A DNA stretch of 64,000 bases from a virus. The notes beneath the pieces are model-generated. The model did not search any database, had not been told where the DNA came from, and worked only from the letters and a program-made list of their open reading frames with translations. The stretch spans positions 37,547 through 101,546 of IMG/VR virus record IMGVR_UViG_3300030101_001745; one strand, written 5' to 3'. The position numbers and the translations under genes are program-made. Below, in pieces: positions 38,280 through 47,995 of the stretch; position 1 is the stretch's first letter, and the number at the start of each line of letters is the position of its first letter.

Positions 38280-38445
38280 CCCCCTTAAGTAGTAGGCATT
38301 CCACCTACACGGCAACCACTCGTTGCTGGGAGACTAAGGGTGCGAAATGCACTACTTAGTAGTTACCGCTAATGAATATAATACCCATAAGCGGCTTGCG
38401 TTTTTCCGACCAAGATTACTCTTGATTGTAGGGCTTAACCTACCT
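38280..38445 (-). promoter_or_regulatory. Structured RNA leader upstream of nrdJ (riboswitch-like candidate)
   Basis: Six consecutive hairpins plus alternative pairings involving the SD region. Confidence 0.4.
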
Positions 38446-38448
38446 TGT

Positions 38449-38655
38449 TCAGCGAATTCCACCGACAACCGCAGGTGCAAGCGTGACGTTCTCTACGCTC
38501 TCCCAATTGACGGTATCAACAGTTTCGCGCGTGACCATCTCACCATCAACGAACACCCAATGTGTTGGGTGGTCCGTTATCTGTTCGATGACCTCGGCGG
38601 CTGATGCAACCATCTCGGTATGTCCGGTTTCATTCATTATAGTCAATTTTACCAT
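38449..38655 (-). CDS. Ubiquitin-like (ThiS/MoaD/SAMP beta-grasp) protein with GG-IR C-terminus
   Basis: 68 aa with beta-grasp pattern 'VKLTI...WVFVDGEMV...VENVTLAPAVVGG-IR'; strong GGAGG SD. Confidence 0.8.
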   Translation of the reverse strand: MVKLTIMNETGHTEMVASAAEVIEQITDHPTHWVFVDGEMVTRETVDTVNWESVENVTLAPAVVGGIR

Positions 38656-38677
38656 AATTCATTACCTCCTTTCATTT

Positions 38678-38926
38678 TCATTCTTGTCCCTGTTGGGACA
38701 TGTTCGCTATCTGTCCTTTCAGTTCTTGGACTCTTCCGGTTAAGACGTTAATGGTCTGCTCATAATGCGAGCAGAGTGCCATGTACTGTTGTAGTTGGTT
38801 TGCCAGATTCTGCGCGGTTCCCTGTAATTGTTGGTTGTTCGCGGCCATCTGTTGCAAAGCCATCTCAGTCTCGTCTTCGGCCTTCTTATCTTCATTTTTC
38901 TTTTCGTTTTTCTTGCTCATTTTCAT
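38678..38926 (-). CDS. Gln-rich coiled-coil protein
   Basis: Heptad pattern, 82 aa. Confidence 0.6.
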   Translation of the reverse strand: MKMSKKNEKKNEDKKAEDETEMALQQMAANNQQLQGTAQNLANQLQQYMALCSHYEQTINVLTGRVQELKGQIANMSQQGQE

Positions 38927-40239
38927 TCGCCTCCGTCAGTAAGTTGACGACTCTCTATCTCCCTTTCAAGTTTTATCTCTTGCATAGCCCTAACGCTATC
39001 CAAGATGTTCCTCAAAGTGGAGATTTGTTGTTCTGCTTCCTCGGATGTCATATCCGGTTTCATCTGATATGGAAACCTAGGAACATAGTCCGTTCTTCTG
39101 GCCTCAACTAGTTGTGACCTGTAACTACTAATCTTATCCTTCTGTTCCTTGGTTGCCAGATTGGACATCGTATCCAATGTCTTCTCCAATCTGTCGATGT
39201 CTGCCTTTCCGAGTTTAGGTTCATCACCACTATCTCGGATAGCATAATACATCTTCTTCAAGAAACGCTTGTCCCAAGGAGTCGGAGCATCTTGCCAACT
39301 GAATAGTGGGATACCAAAACGCTTGCAGTTATTGGTGAACCTTGTTTCCACCATTCCACGTGCTTCCATCTTGGCATCAAACTCAGCATCGAAGTTCTCC
39401 AACCATTCGATTCTCTGTTGCTTGGTCATGTCCTTCTTCTCTATGTCCTCAAGATGTTCCTCAATCAAAGAAGAGAACCTGTTCATGTCCAACCATAGTC
39501 TCTCGTTAGGATATCCTCTGGTAGTCTGCTGATTCCTAGGATTCTCTGGATGGTTCCATCTCCATACAATCGAAGCCATTTCTCTCCTTCGTGCAGGGCC
39601 AGAACCCTCTGCTCTCTTCCTAAGATATCTAACGCGCTTGTGTTGTCTGAGTGTACTATCCCAATAGTGCTTGGTGGGATGATATCTAACATTGATTCTC
39701 AGGTCTGCTTCCTTGACCTCATCGAACATCTCTTCAAACTCTTCTCCGTTCTCTGCCCACCATGCATCTTGAATCATGGACTTCACGCGAACGTTAATCC
39801 AATCCTGAATCATTCTCTCGGTGATTGCATCCATGTCAACACCAGTAGACTCTGATATCTCTCTTAGAATCAAGTAAGAAGTAATGTGGTCTGAACCAAC
39901 ACACTCTATGTTTCCGTTCTCGGTATTCTCTATCTCAAAGTGATACACGATGTTGTGTCCACAAAGACATTGATTACATCCATTGGTAGAGTTAGTAACC
40001 CAATCTGGTGCATTCTCGTTTCTTCCATAGGGGTCAGTAACGTTGTACCTAGATGACCACCATACATTACCAGTTGCCTTCCATTCTTTCTTAGCGTCTT
40101 CATAGTTATCAGCAACAGACAACTCAACCATCTTCTGCTTGAGAACCCTGTCCCATCTACCTTCACCTAAGTCACGCTTGGCTTCTATCTTCTCTGTGAC
40201 ACCGTCTTCGATGTCATCTCTAGTATATACTACATCCAT
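38923..40239 (-). CDS. Hypothetical protein with Cys/His Zn-binding motif
   Basis: 'CLCGHNIVYHFEIEN..NGNIECVGSDHI'. Confidence 0.65.
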   Translation of the reverse strand: MDVVYTRDDIEDGVTEKIEAKRDLGEGRWDRVLKQKMVELSVADNYEDAKKEWKATGNVWWSSRYNVTDPYGRNENAPDWVTNSTNGCNQCLCGHNIVYHFEIENTENGNIECVGSDHITSYLILREISESTGVDMDAITERMIQDWINVRVKSMIQDAWWAENGEEFEEMFDEVKEADLRINVRYHPTKHYWDSTLRQHKRVRYLRKRAEGSGPARRREMASIVWRWNHPENPRNQQTTRGYPNERLWLDMNRFSSLIEEHLEDIEKKDMTKQQRIEWLENFDAEFDAKMEARGMVETRFTNNCKRFGIPLFSWQDAPTPWDKRFLKKMYYAIRDSGDEPKLGKADIDRLEKTLDTMSNLATKEQKDKISSYRSQLVEARRTDYVPRFPYQMKPDMTSEEAEQQISTLRNILDSVRAMQEIKLEREIESRQLTDGGE

Positions 40240-40342
40240 GATATCAACCTACGAACGGTAGTAGTGGTGCAACTACAATATACAAAAAGAACATCGCCAT
40301 TACTATGAACACATTTACTATTGCCATGAATAGAAAAAGCAT

Positions 40343-40582
40343 CTAAGCCATCCTCTCATTGTCTCTCTGCTCTGTCAGGAATCCTGCTAGTATAGCATCT
40401 ATCTTATCGAACAGTGGTTGTCCACATCCACCGATAGTCTTGCGATGTAGTGACAACCATATCTTGTGATAAGCATTGATTACTACCTTTGGCTCATCAT
40501 CGTCATTCATTGTTATTACAACAGGTGGCAACTCTTCATCGTTGACCAACCTGAATTCAACTGTTTTTCCATTTTCATTCAT
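40343..40582 (-). CDS. Hypothetical protein
   Basis: 79-aa ORF in the operon. Confidence 0.55.
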   Translation of the reverse strand: MNENGKTVEFRLVNDEELPPVVITMNDDDEPKVVINAYHKIWLSLHRKTIGGCGQPLFDKIDAILAGFLTEQRDNERMA

Positions 40583-40585
40583 CTT

Positions 40586-40786
40586 TCATTCCTCTTCCAT
40601 TAAAGTTTCATATTTCTCTAGCAGTCTTCTTTCCTCTGCTAGTCCTTCTTCGTAGCAACCTATGCTACAATATCCTTCATAACTGTGAAACGTGTCTGTT
40701 AAATCTCCACAGACTTCACAATCATATGTTATTACTTCATCAAATTCATCTGGCCCTACGACCATGTGGTTCTCAATTCGTTCCAT
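40586..40786 (-). CDS. Small Zn-finger protein
   Basis: 'CEVCG...YCSIGC'. Confidence 0.55.
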   Translation of the reverse strand: MERIENHMVVGPDEFDEVITYDCEVCGDLTDTFHSYEGYCSIGCYEEGLAEERRLLEKYETLMEEE

Positions 40787-41690
40787 CTTCTTCTCTCCAT
40801 CTTATGTCCTTTCCACTTTCATATGCTTCATTGAAAGCAGACTTCCAATCCTCTGCATTGTTTGAGTTTCGCTTTAGCAACTCACCGATAGCAGAATCGG
40901 CTAACTCCAATTGATTCTCATTGAAGATAGGTGTCACACTCAGAAGTTGTTCCTCTGCAAACACCGGATAGGTTCCGGGTGCTATTGGATTCAACCCGCG
41001 TGACATTCTTATCTTGTCTCTGTTGTCAAGAGTAAGTTCTACGTCTAATTCGCCACGTTCATCTACAACCTTACAACCCTTACAGAAACCATGTTCCATG
41101 ATTTCCTCAGAGTCCTTGCAGATGTGTGCGTTTGGTGTAGCGCAACAACCGGACCTATCTATCTCACCCTTTACAGGATAAGGATAGTCGCTTGTCGGTT
41201 CACCGTTGATAGTAGTTGTTCGGTTAGAAGCATACCTTACTTTCCGCTTCTCTCTCTTGGGTCTGTTCTCAAACCACTTCCATACGTTCTTGCTTTTCAG
41301 CCAGACGGCAGGTGCAAACACCTTGATGTCGTCTGCTTTCTGAACAACGTACAACACACCATCAACCCATCTTACTACTAGCCACTCATTACCATCTGGC
41401 ATTGTGACTAGACTTCCAACTACTGCTTCTCTTTCAAGAGCAAACCGTAGTCTCTCATGGAAGTGTAGTGGATTTCCAGTTTTACCTACGCTAGATACCA
41501 ATGTCCTACTCATGTTACTTACTGGATTATCCAACTGTTGAGTAGGCATGTCTTCTGGTTGAAGGATACTAGTATCCCCATCTCTACTGAACAGAACCGA
41601 CTCCGTGTTGAGTAGTTCTATCTGGTCTACTTCATCAGCACGAAAGGTCTTCTGTGTTCCATCTGTAAATCTTATTGCCCAATATCTCAT
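40773..41690 (-). CDS. Hypothetical protein
   Basis: 305-aa ORF with a Cys cluster. Confidence 0.6.
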   Translation of the reverse strand: MRYWAIRFTDGTQKTFRADEVDQIELLNTESVLFSRDGDTSILQPEDMPTQQLDNPVSNMSRTLVSSVGKTGNPLHFHERLRFALEREAVVGSLVTMPDGNEWLVVRWVDGVLYVVQKADDIKVFAPAVWLKSKNVWKWFENRPKREKRKVRYASNRTTTINGEPTSDYPYPVKGEIDRSGCCATPNAHICKDSEEIMEHGFCKGCKVVDERGELDVELTLDNRDKIRMSRGLNPIAPGTYPVFAEEQLLSVTPIFNENQLELADSAIGELLKRNSNNAEDWKSAFNEAYESGKDIRWREEDGTN

Positions 41691-41890
41691 TCTTCATCAT
41701 CTCCTAGGTTATTCATCTCTGGTGCGTGAGTTGCAAGAAAGTCATACTCGGCACAATCTTCGCATTCTTCCAATGATGGCACATCATCGCGCTCACCATT
41801 TGCGTAGTTGTTAACGAGTACAACTCCCTTGCCCCCACATAACTTACAATCGTGTTGAGAGTATATTAAGTGTTCAACCAACTCTATCAC
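41687..41890 (-). CDS. DnaJ-type Zn-finger protein
   Basis: 'CKLCGGKG...CEDC'. Confidence 0.55.
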   Translation of the reverse strand: MIELVEHLIYSQHDCKLCGGKGVVLVNNYANGERDDVPSLEECEDCAEYDFLATHAPEMNNLGDDEE

Positions 41891-43328
41891 CCACGTAGTT
41901 GAGAGTCTTCATTGCTCTAGTGATGGCAACATAACACAGATTGGTTTCCTGTTGCCTATCAGCAGGAGTAGTTGCCATAGGATGTGGCATGAGTTGTGGT
42001 TCCAGAATCCATACGTTTTCTGCTTCAAGACCCTTGGCCTTGTGGATAGTGGAGAAGACAACTCCTGCTTTCTTTCCTTGCTCACCGAATATCTCCTTGA
42101 TGTTATCTAGAAGACCACCGACTGTGTTCACATTTCCAGCAAGAGCCAGAATGCAATCGTACTTATCAGTCAAGGACTGAATCTGCTTGTCCTTCTCCTG
42201 TAGTTTCAGAGCATTGATTCTCTTGTCAACATGGTCTGCCAGTGCAGGTAAGAATCTCTCAAGAGTCATTGACGAATCATCTGTCACCTTCTTGACTAGA
42301 ACCTGTAGTGAATAGCCGATGTCTCTACCTAGAACGTAAGCAGGTATGCCTTGGGTAATTAGAGAAAAGCACTCTGAAACCAGAGGCGCGTTTACTCTGC
42401 ATAGAACCAAGTCGCCACCCTTTGGCACGAATGCCGCATTGACATTCACCTCACCTTCTGGTGCATCTTCCCTGCATGTGTAATCTGAGAAGAATCGGTT
42501 GGCTTCTGCTACGATAGACTTTGGACATCTCCATGTGATACTAAGAGTGTAGTCCTTGACTCCGCGAGTAGACTTGTTCACTAGTTCCTCTCTGAATATA
42601 TCTATACTAGCAGAGTCTGCTCCACGGAAACCATAGATTGCTTGCTTGGTATCTCCAACAACTATCATCCTACCACCATTACATGCGCGTAGTATTAGTT
42701 GCCTTTGTGACTCATTGAAGTCCTGTGCCTCATCAACGAAGACAGTATCATAGTGTTCTACTGGTAGTTCTAGAACTACAGGTAGCCATATCATGTCATC
42801 GAAATCCACTACAGAGATATCTTCACACATGTTCCTTATTGTTGGAAGCATGTCGATTGCCATCTTCTCATCCTTGATGCCATCGAACTCAATGTTATAC
42901 TGGTCGATGATTGCTTTGATATCTGAGATGGATTGCCAATCTGCTAGTGAAGACTTCAACAGGCTGATTAGTTTGTTTAGAGCAGGTGCTGATTTGTATT
43001 CAGGACCGAAGATGTTCCGAATGATGTTGTAGACTTTCTTGGTGTCCACCTTTGCATCTTTCCTGAACCTCTTGATAGAAGACAACCCAAGACTGTGAAA
43101 GGTCATAGCCTTACAATCAAGTGGTAGTTTCTTACCAAGTTCAGTCGCAATTGATTTGTTGAATGCCAAGAATCCTTTCTTGCCACCACGAATCCTCTTC
43201 GCGCCTTCTACGATAGTGAACGTTTTACCCGTTCCTGCACCAGCCTTAACGACCATGTGACTATCGCCATTCTCCATTTCATTCCATATTTCTTCTTGTT
43301 CTTTTGTTCCTACTATTGTCATTTTCAT
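41874..43328 (-). CDS. uvrD: UvrD/Rep superfamily 1 helicase
   Basis: 'AGAGTGKT', 'LAFN', 'TFHSLG', 'VDEAQD', 'VGDxxQAIYGFRGA', 'STIHKAKGLE', 'YVAITRA'. Confidence 0.93.
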   Translation of the reverse strand: MKMTIVGTKEQEEIWNEMENGDSHMVVKAGAGTGKTFTIVEGAKRIRGGKKGFLAFNKSIATELGKKLPLDCKAMTFHSLGLSSIKRFRKDAKVDTKKVYNIIRNIFGPEYKSAPALNKLISLLKSSLADWQSISDIKAIIDQYNIEFDGIKDEKMAIDMLPTIRNMCEDISVVDFDDMIWLPVVLELPVEHYDTVFVDEAQDFNESQRQLILRACNGGRMIVVGDTKQAIYGFRGADSASIDIFREELVNKSTRGVKDYTLSITWRCPKSIVAEANRFFSDYTCREDAPEGEVNVNAAFVPKGGDLVLCRVNAPLVSECFSLITQGIPAYVLGRDIGYSLQVLVKKVTDDSSMTLERFLPALADHVDKRINALKLQEKDKQIQSLTDKYDCILALAGNVNTVGGLLDNIKEIFGEQGKKAGVVFSTIHKAKGLEAENVWILEPQLMPHPMATTPADRQQETNLCYVAITRAMKTLNYVGDRVG

Positions 43329-44748
43329 TTCTCCTTTGGAGTGTAATATTGTAGCGAGGGGCAGAGTCATCAAGCATGCCTGACTAGTGCTTCGTATGTA
43401 CCCTAGCCTGACATATGCCGCAAGACTATACGATTACTTTGTGTAGGAATCTCTACACACAAATAGCCCTGAGAGCGTACCGTTACGATAATCGGTAACA
43501 TGAAGTCGAGTGACAGTTAATGTATCTAAAAATCACCCATTATAACAAAATTTTACTCAAATTCCCTTTCTCTTCTGACTCTGGCATCCTTCGTTCATAA
43601 CTTATCTCAGAAGATATTCTCTGCATTACTGCTAAACCTCGCTCTAACTTGGAAGTGTCGCACATTTCCCAATATGTTCTCTACTCGCGTACCTCGCGTA
43701 TGAACAGAGTTCTGCATCCAAGCGTTAACCCATAAAGCGGCATAATAGGCATACAAATCCCTGAATATACCTATTGAAAAATGCTTTAGGGTTTGAGTGT
43801 AAAAGATTCGTTGTTTGTTACTGCATACAAACTCGCTCTTGCGAGTAAAACAACAGGTACGAACACCCACGAAAGTCCACTTGGAATACAAGATTCAAAC
43901 TTGTTTCAACCATGTGGTGCAATCATGTTAAAGGTGGCCCAATTCAACATCGCCCTTGTATGTCTGACATTCAGTATAGGACTGAATATAATCACTAGCC
44001 CCCGTAGTAAAAGTAGGTGTAGAACGGAGAGGTTCTCTAGGGGGAGAACCCGCTGGTAAACAAGAACACGACAGTAGAAAAGTGTTTTTCTCCGTATTAC
44101 CTAGCAAACTACGTCCTACTAATCGGGGGTAGGAGTATGATAATCATTTCGATTATTTTGAGATGGTGGGAGGATATCGCGGCAATGTGGATATCCCCCC
44201 GTCTTGGGTAAAGCCCCAAGAAAAGGTGTGAGTGGTTATGGGGAGAGAACAAGAACGTGCTATGCCGTTGCTACGCAGGGAAATTGGGCTTCTTAACTAA
44301 CGGGCTTGTTAAGCGATTTGTTTTATGACGCTGACGACTACTGTTGGATTTCTCCTTTATAGCGCACAGTTGGCAGAGAAGCCATCTCTACCAAGCCAGT
44401 TACTACACCCGTTCAGAGCCACGGCTAAGTGGTCATAGGAAAGAGTGGAGTCAACCCCTGTATCTTTACTTGTTTCATCCGAAGATGTTCCGTAGAACTC
44501 CCCGTTTCGACCCTTGTGATTTACTCACAATGTCCCACTACTTCATTCATGGGACAAACATGGTATTACCCATATGACAAAGACACCGTTTACTAAGTCG
44601 CTAAACTGTTCAACGATGCCTCATGTCACCTTTCAATCAACCGTCAAGGTTTGGTGTATCGAATCTAATGTATCGAATTTATAATTATCAGATAATTATC
44701 GGTTGTGATAATCCTGAATCGTGCGTATTCGATGGGAACGCACCACTT

Positions 44749-44927
<179 letters not shown>

Positions 44928-45267
44928 TAATACGAAAACCAACTAATATTGAGTATTGTAGTATAGATACTTCTACTGTATATATTGTATTAGTATTATA
45001 CTATATGTAAGTCCTAGATAGACCTTGTGTGAACCTATTCTTTTTTGTTAGTTGAAAAATCTAACAGGTAGGTTTCGACTTTGATATATTGCTCTGGTTA
45101 GGTGAGCGCATTCGATGTCGGTTTCCCTAGGTCATCGGACAATTCCCTCTTGGCCCCCTCGGTATATATACTCCGGCCCATATCCCGGTAATCCGATTCT
45201 ATCTAGAAATCTGCCATACAACCATATGGTTAGGCACTTTGTCGCCTCGACCTGACTATCTAGGGGT

Positions 45268-45299
45268 GGGAGAGCAGGTGAATTAACACCTGCCCCCCC
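45268..45299 (-). terminator. GC-rich hairpin after the cassette-1 gene
   Basis: GCAGGTG-AATTAA-CACCTGC extended by G/C runs. Confidence 0.55.
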
Positions 45300-45334
45300 G
45301 AAGGAGTGTTCAGAAGGGTTCCGAACGTTCACAA

Positions 45335-45805
45335 TCAGAGAGAACCTCCGATTGTTGCCAGAAGACTCTTCTCAGAGCCGTCCCATTCATCGGCCTTGTA
45401 CATTGCTTCGGCCGCCTCCTGTATTTTCTCACTGTGATAGGTGGCCCAATGCTCACCATTCTCAAAGTGGTCGAACTTGCACTTTCCGTGTGGAATCCAT
45501 AGTGCGCGTACAGTTGAAGATGAGTCAAATGCTTGACCCATTGCTACAACAGCCGCGATTGCTAGGTCTACAACAGCCTGTGCCGCCGCAGGAAGAGAGA
45601 AACCTCTACTGTTGACCGGGCTATCTGGGTAATCTCTTACCGTTTCCCTTACAGCAGTAGCGATTCGGCTCTGCCTATCTGGGTTGTCCGTTCCCTTCGC
45701 TATCTGTCTCTTCACATACTCAGCATCGACTTCATCCATCGTGCCTAGGTTTGCAAAGTCATTCATCGTTTTACTAAATTCTGTCCAATTATCCATTGCC
45801 GTCAT
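45335..45805 (-). CDS. Putative early protein (paralogue of 46356-46955)
   Basis: Start at MTAMDNW after AGGTGA SD. Confidence 0.65.
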   Translation of the reverse strand: MTAMDNWTEFSKTMNDFANLGTMDEVDAEYVKRQIAKGTDNPDRQSRIATAVRETVRDYPDSPVNSRGFSLPAAAQAVVDLAIAAVVAMGQAFDSSSTVRALWIPHGKCKFDHFENGEHWATYHSEKIQEAAEAMYKADEWDGSEKSLLATIGGSL

Positions 45806-45956
45806 TTTATTCACCTTTTCTTTGTTGTGGGGTTCTTTACCCTCTGAACAATTGCTCTTGGCCCTTCGGATACATAAGGCGAGTCGAGCAAAGTGACTAC
45901 CATATGGTTGCACACTTTGAACTGTACCCTATGTACCCAGATGGTCACAGGATACT

Positions 45957-46217
45957 ATGTCATTAGTGATATACGAAGTATGCAAGAAAGAGCCAAAACA
46001 GAGGACGCATTATGGAATAGAGGTCTTCCTGAACCATGAAGCAGCAAAGAAGCATCTCAGAGAACTGAATGCTATATCGAACAACAGATTATTCAGACAA
46101 TATCATAAATTGTCTGGGACTGGTCGAAACAGCAAGGATTATTTTGAGGCCCAGAGAATCCAGCATAAAATTACCGAAGGAACATGGCAAATCATAGAGA
46201 GGATAGTGGAAACCTAG
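45957..46217 (+). CDS. Putative early hypothetical protein
   Basis: ATG 58 nt after a palindrome core; followed by a hairpin. Confidence 0.6.
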   Translation: MSLVIYEVCKKEPKQRTHYGIEVFLNHEAAKKHLRELNAISNNRLFRQYHKLSGTGRNSKDYFEAQRIQHKITEGTWQIIERIVET

Positions 46218-46227
46218 CCTCGCATAC

Positions 46228-46258
46228 TGAGGGGGGGAGTACCTCCATCCCCCCCTCA
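46228..46258 (+). terminator. GC-rich hairpin
   Basis: TGAGGGGGGGA / TCCCCCCCTCA 11-bp stem. Confidence 0.6.
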
Positions 46259-46355
46259 CCAAATCGAGGTAGTTTACCAAACAAAGTATGTACAAACCAT
46301 ATGGTTGTTACTTTTGTTCATTACCCTATATACCCATGTCGGTATTAGGTGATAC

Positions 46356-46955
46356 ATGGCAATAAGCGATGAAGAATGGAAAGAAACAAGAACGAAAGTG
46401 GAAGAGTGGGAGAAAGAACACCCAGACCTTGACAAAGAGCAGAAATCAGAGTTGAAGGTAGTACACAAGTGGTTAGACAAGGGTGACAAGATGTCAACAA
46501 GGCGAGGTAGGCTGAGTACATCAATCAAGGAGGTCTTTGAAGACCTTCCAGACTCACCCTTCATCACTGTGAAGATACCAGACGGCCTAACTGCCGAGAT
46601 GATAGCGAGCCGAGAGGCCATTATCACCGATATCAAGGCAGAGAGAACCCGGTCTTGGGAGAATAATGTCTCAGTGAGGATTGTTGAGACTGCTTCTGGC
46701 CGTTCCGATGGTGGATGGTTCATTAGTGGCTCAGAATTCTCTCAGAGGGATGAAACGGCAATCAGAAACGCTCTGAATGCTCAGTTTAGGGGCCACAATG
46801 CAGAACCAAGAACCGGAGATGCATATGGTCGCTGTTGGGACGGCACTTACGAGCCAGAGAGCGAGGATTGGTCTTGGACAGTCTCCTTCACCCAGATTCC
46901 GAAGGCCGACAGGCCCGAGAAACCTAAGAAGAAGGCCAAGAAGTCTTCTAACTAG
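46356..46955 (+). CDS. Putative early protein (paralogue of 45335-45805)
   Basis: AGGTGA SD; ATG 60 nt after a palindrome core. Confidence 0.7.
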   Translation: MAISDEEWKETRTKVEEWEKEHPDLDKEQKSELKVVHKWLDKGDKMSTRRGRLSTSIKEVFEDLPDSPFITVKIPDGLTAEMIASREAIITDIKAERTRSWENNVSVRIVETASGRSDGGWFISGSEFSQRDETAIRNALNAQFRGHNAEPRTGDAYGRCWDGTYEPESEDWSWTVSFTQIPKADRPEKPKKKAKKSSN

Positions 46956-46989
46956 GCAAATCGACTACCGAGGAACCACGTAACCCCAG

Positions 46990-47018
46990 AGGGGGGGTCA
47001 GAACACCGACCTCCCCCT
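46990..47018 (+). terminator. GC-rich hairpin
   Basis: AGGGGGGGTC / GACCTCCCCCT. Confidence 0.55.
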
Positions 47019-47123
47019 TGTGGGCCAACTTGAGGAATTTTCCGATAACAAAGTAATTACAAACCATATGGTAGTAGCACTTTGCTCGCTAATTACCTTA
47101 ACCCCGAAAGGCCACAGGGAACC

Positions 47124-47390
47124 ATGGCACAATTCAGAGGCACAATACAAGGTAATAGAGGCGAAGCGTCAAGACTCGGAGACAAATCAAGCGGTTTAGT
47201 AATGACTAGCAACGGTTGGGAGTCTGGAATCAAGATTAGAGCATACTATGACGCAGAATCAAACAAAGACTGGTTCATACTATGGTCAACTGGTGGTTCT
47301 AACGCACGAACAAGTAATAGGCTACTTGGTGTCTTCACATTAGATAAAGACGGTCAACATTCCTTTCAACTGGAGGGGGTGGAGAGATGA
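47124..47390 (+). CDS. Putative early hypothetical protein
   Basis: MAQFRGTIQG start 61 nt after a palindrome core. Confidence 0.6.
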   Translation: MAQFRGTIQGNRGEASRLGDKSSGLVMTSNGWESGIKIRAYYDAESNKDWFILWSTGGSNARTSNRLLGVFTLDKDGQHSFQLEGVER

Positions 47391-47578
47391 ACACCGGACA
47401 AGTAGATTTGAAACAGTATCAATATGAAATAGATGTCGGGCATTCTAAGTCCGGCTCTAACCATGTAGTAGTATTGAAGTCGCTCAAGGTAAGAAGTGAC
47501 GACTTGAATACTGCACTACAAGAAATATACGCGGCTCTTCGCAGTTTCAACGATTCTGTTGAAGAGTTCCACAAATAA
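47387..47578 (+). CDS. Hypothetical protein
   Basis: ATGA-coupled, GGAG SD. Confidence 0.55.
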   Translation: MNTGQVDLKQYQYEIDVGHSKSGSNHVVVLKSLKVRSDDLNTALQEIYAALRSFNDSVEEFHK

Positions 47579-47995
47579 CACTCCTATAGGACTGAAAGAA
47601 GGATAAGTTTCCACACCCAAGATGAATATGCATGTATGACACATGGGTAGCAACGCGAAACTCCGTAGCCATCGCTAACAACCAACATAACCTAGGCAAT
47701 TTGTTGGGTTGAGAGAAGCATTCGATAGTAAGACTAAGGTACGCGAAAAGCGTGATTCCGAAATTCCTGCTTACAACATTCTAGGTGAACCTCTACCTTC
47801 TGGATGTCCTATAGATACAACTCCTAGTCGGGGGTTGGAGATTGCTGTCCTTGAACATTGAATTAACTCGCAAATTCAGCAATTAAACTCCTTCCCCCGA
47901 CAAACTTCAGGTGCTTGTCCTGACCAAAGTGTACAATACCATATGGTAGTAACTTTGTCAACTTACCTTATCATCTCACCTCGCCAGATACAGAC

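Noticed and set aside
47588-47670. Hammerhead ribozyme
   Set aside because: CTGAAAGA does not match the CUGANGA core and the required stems could not be built.
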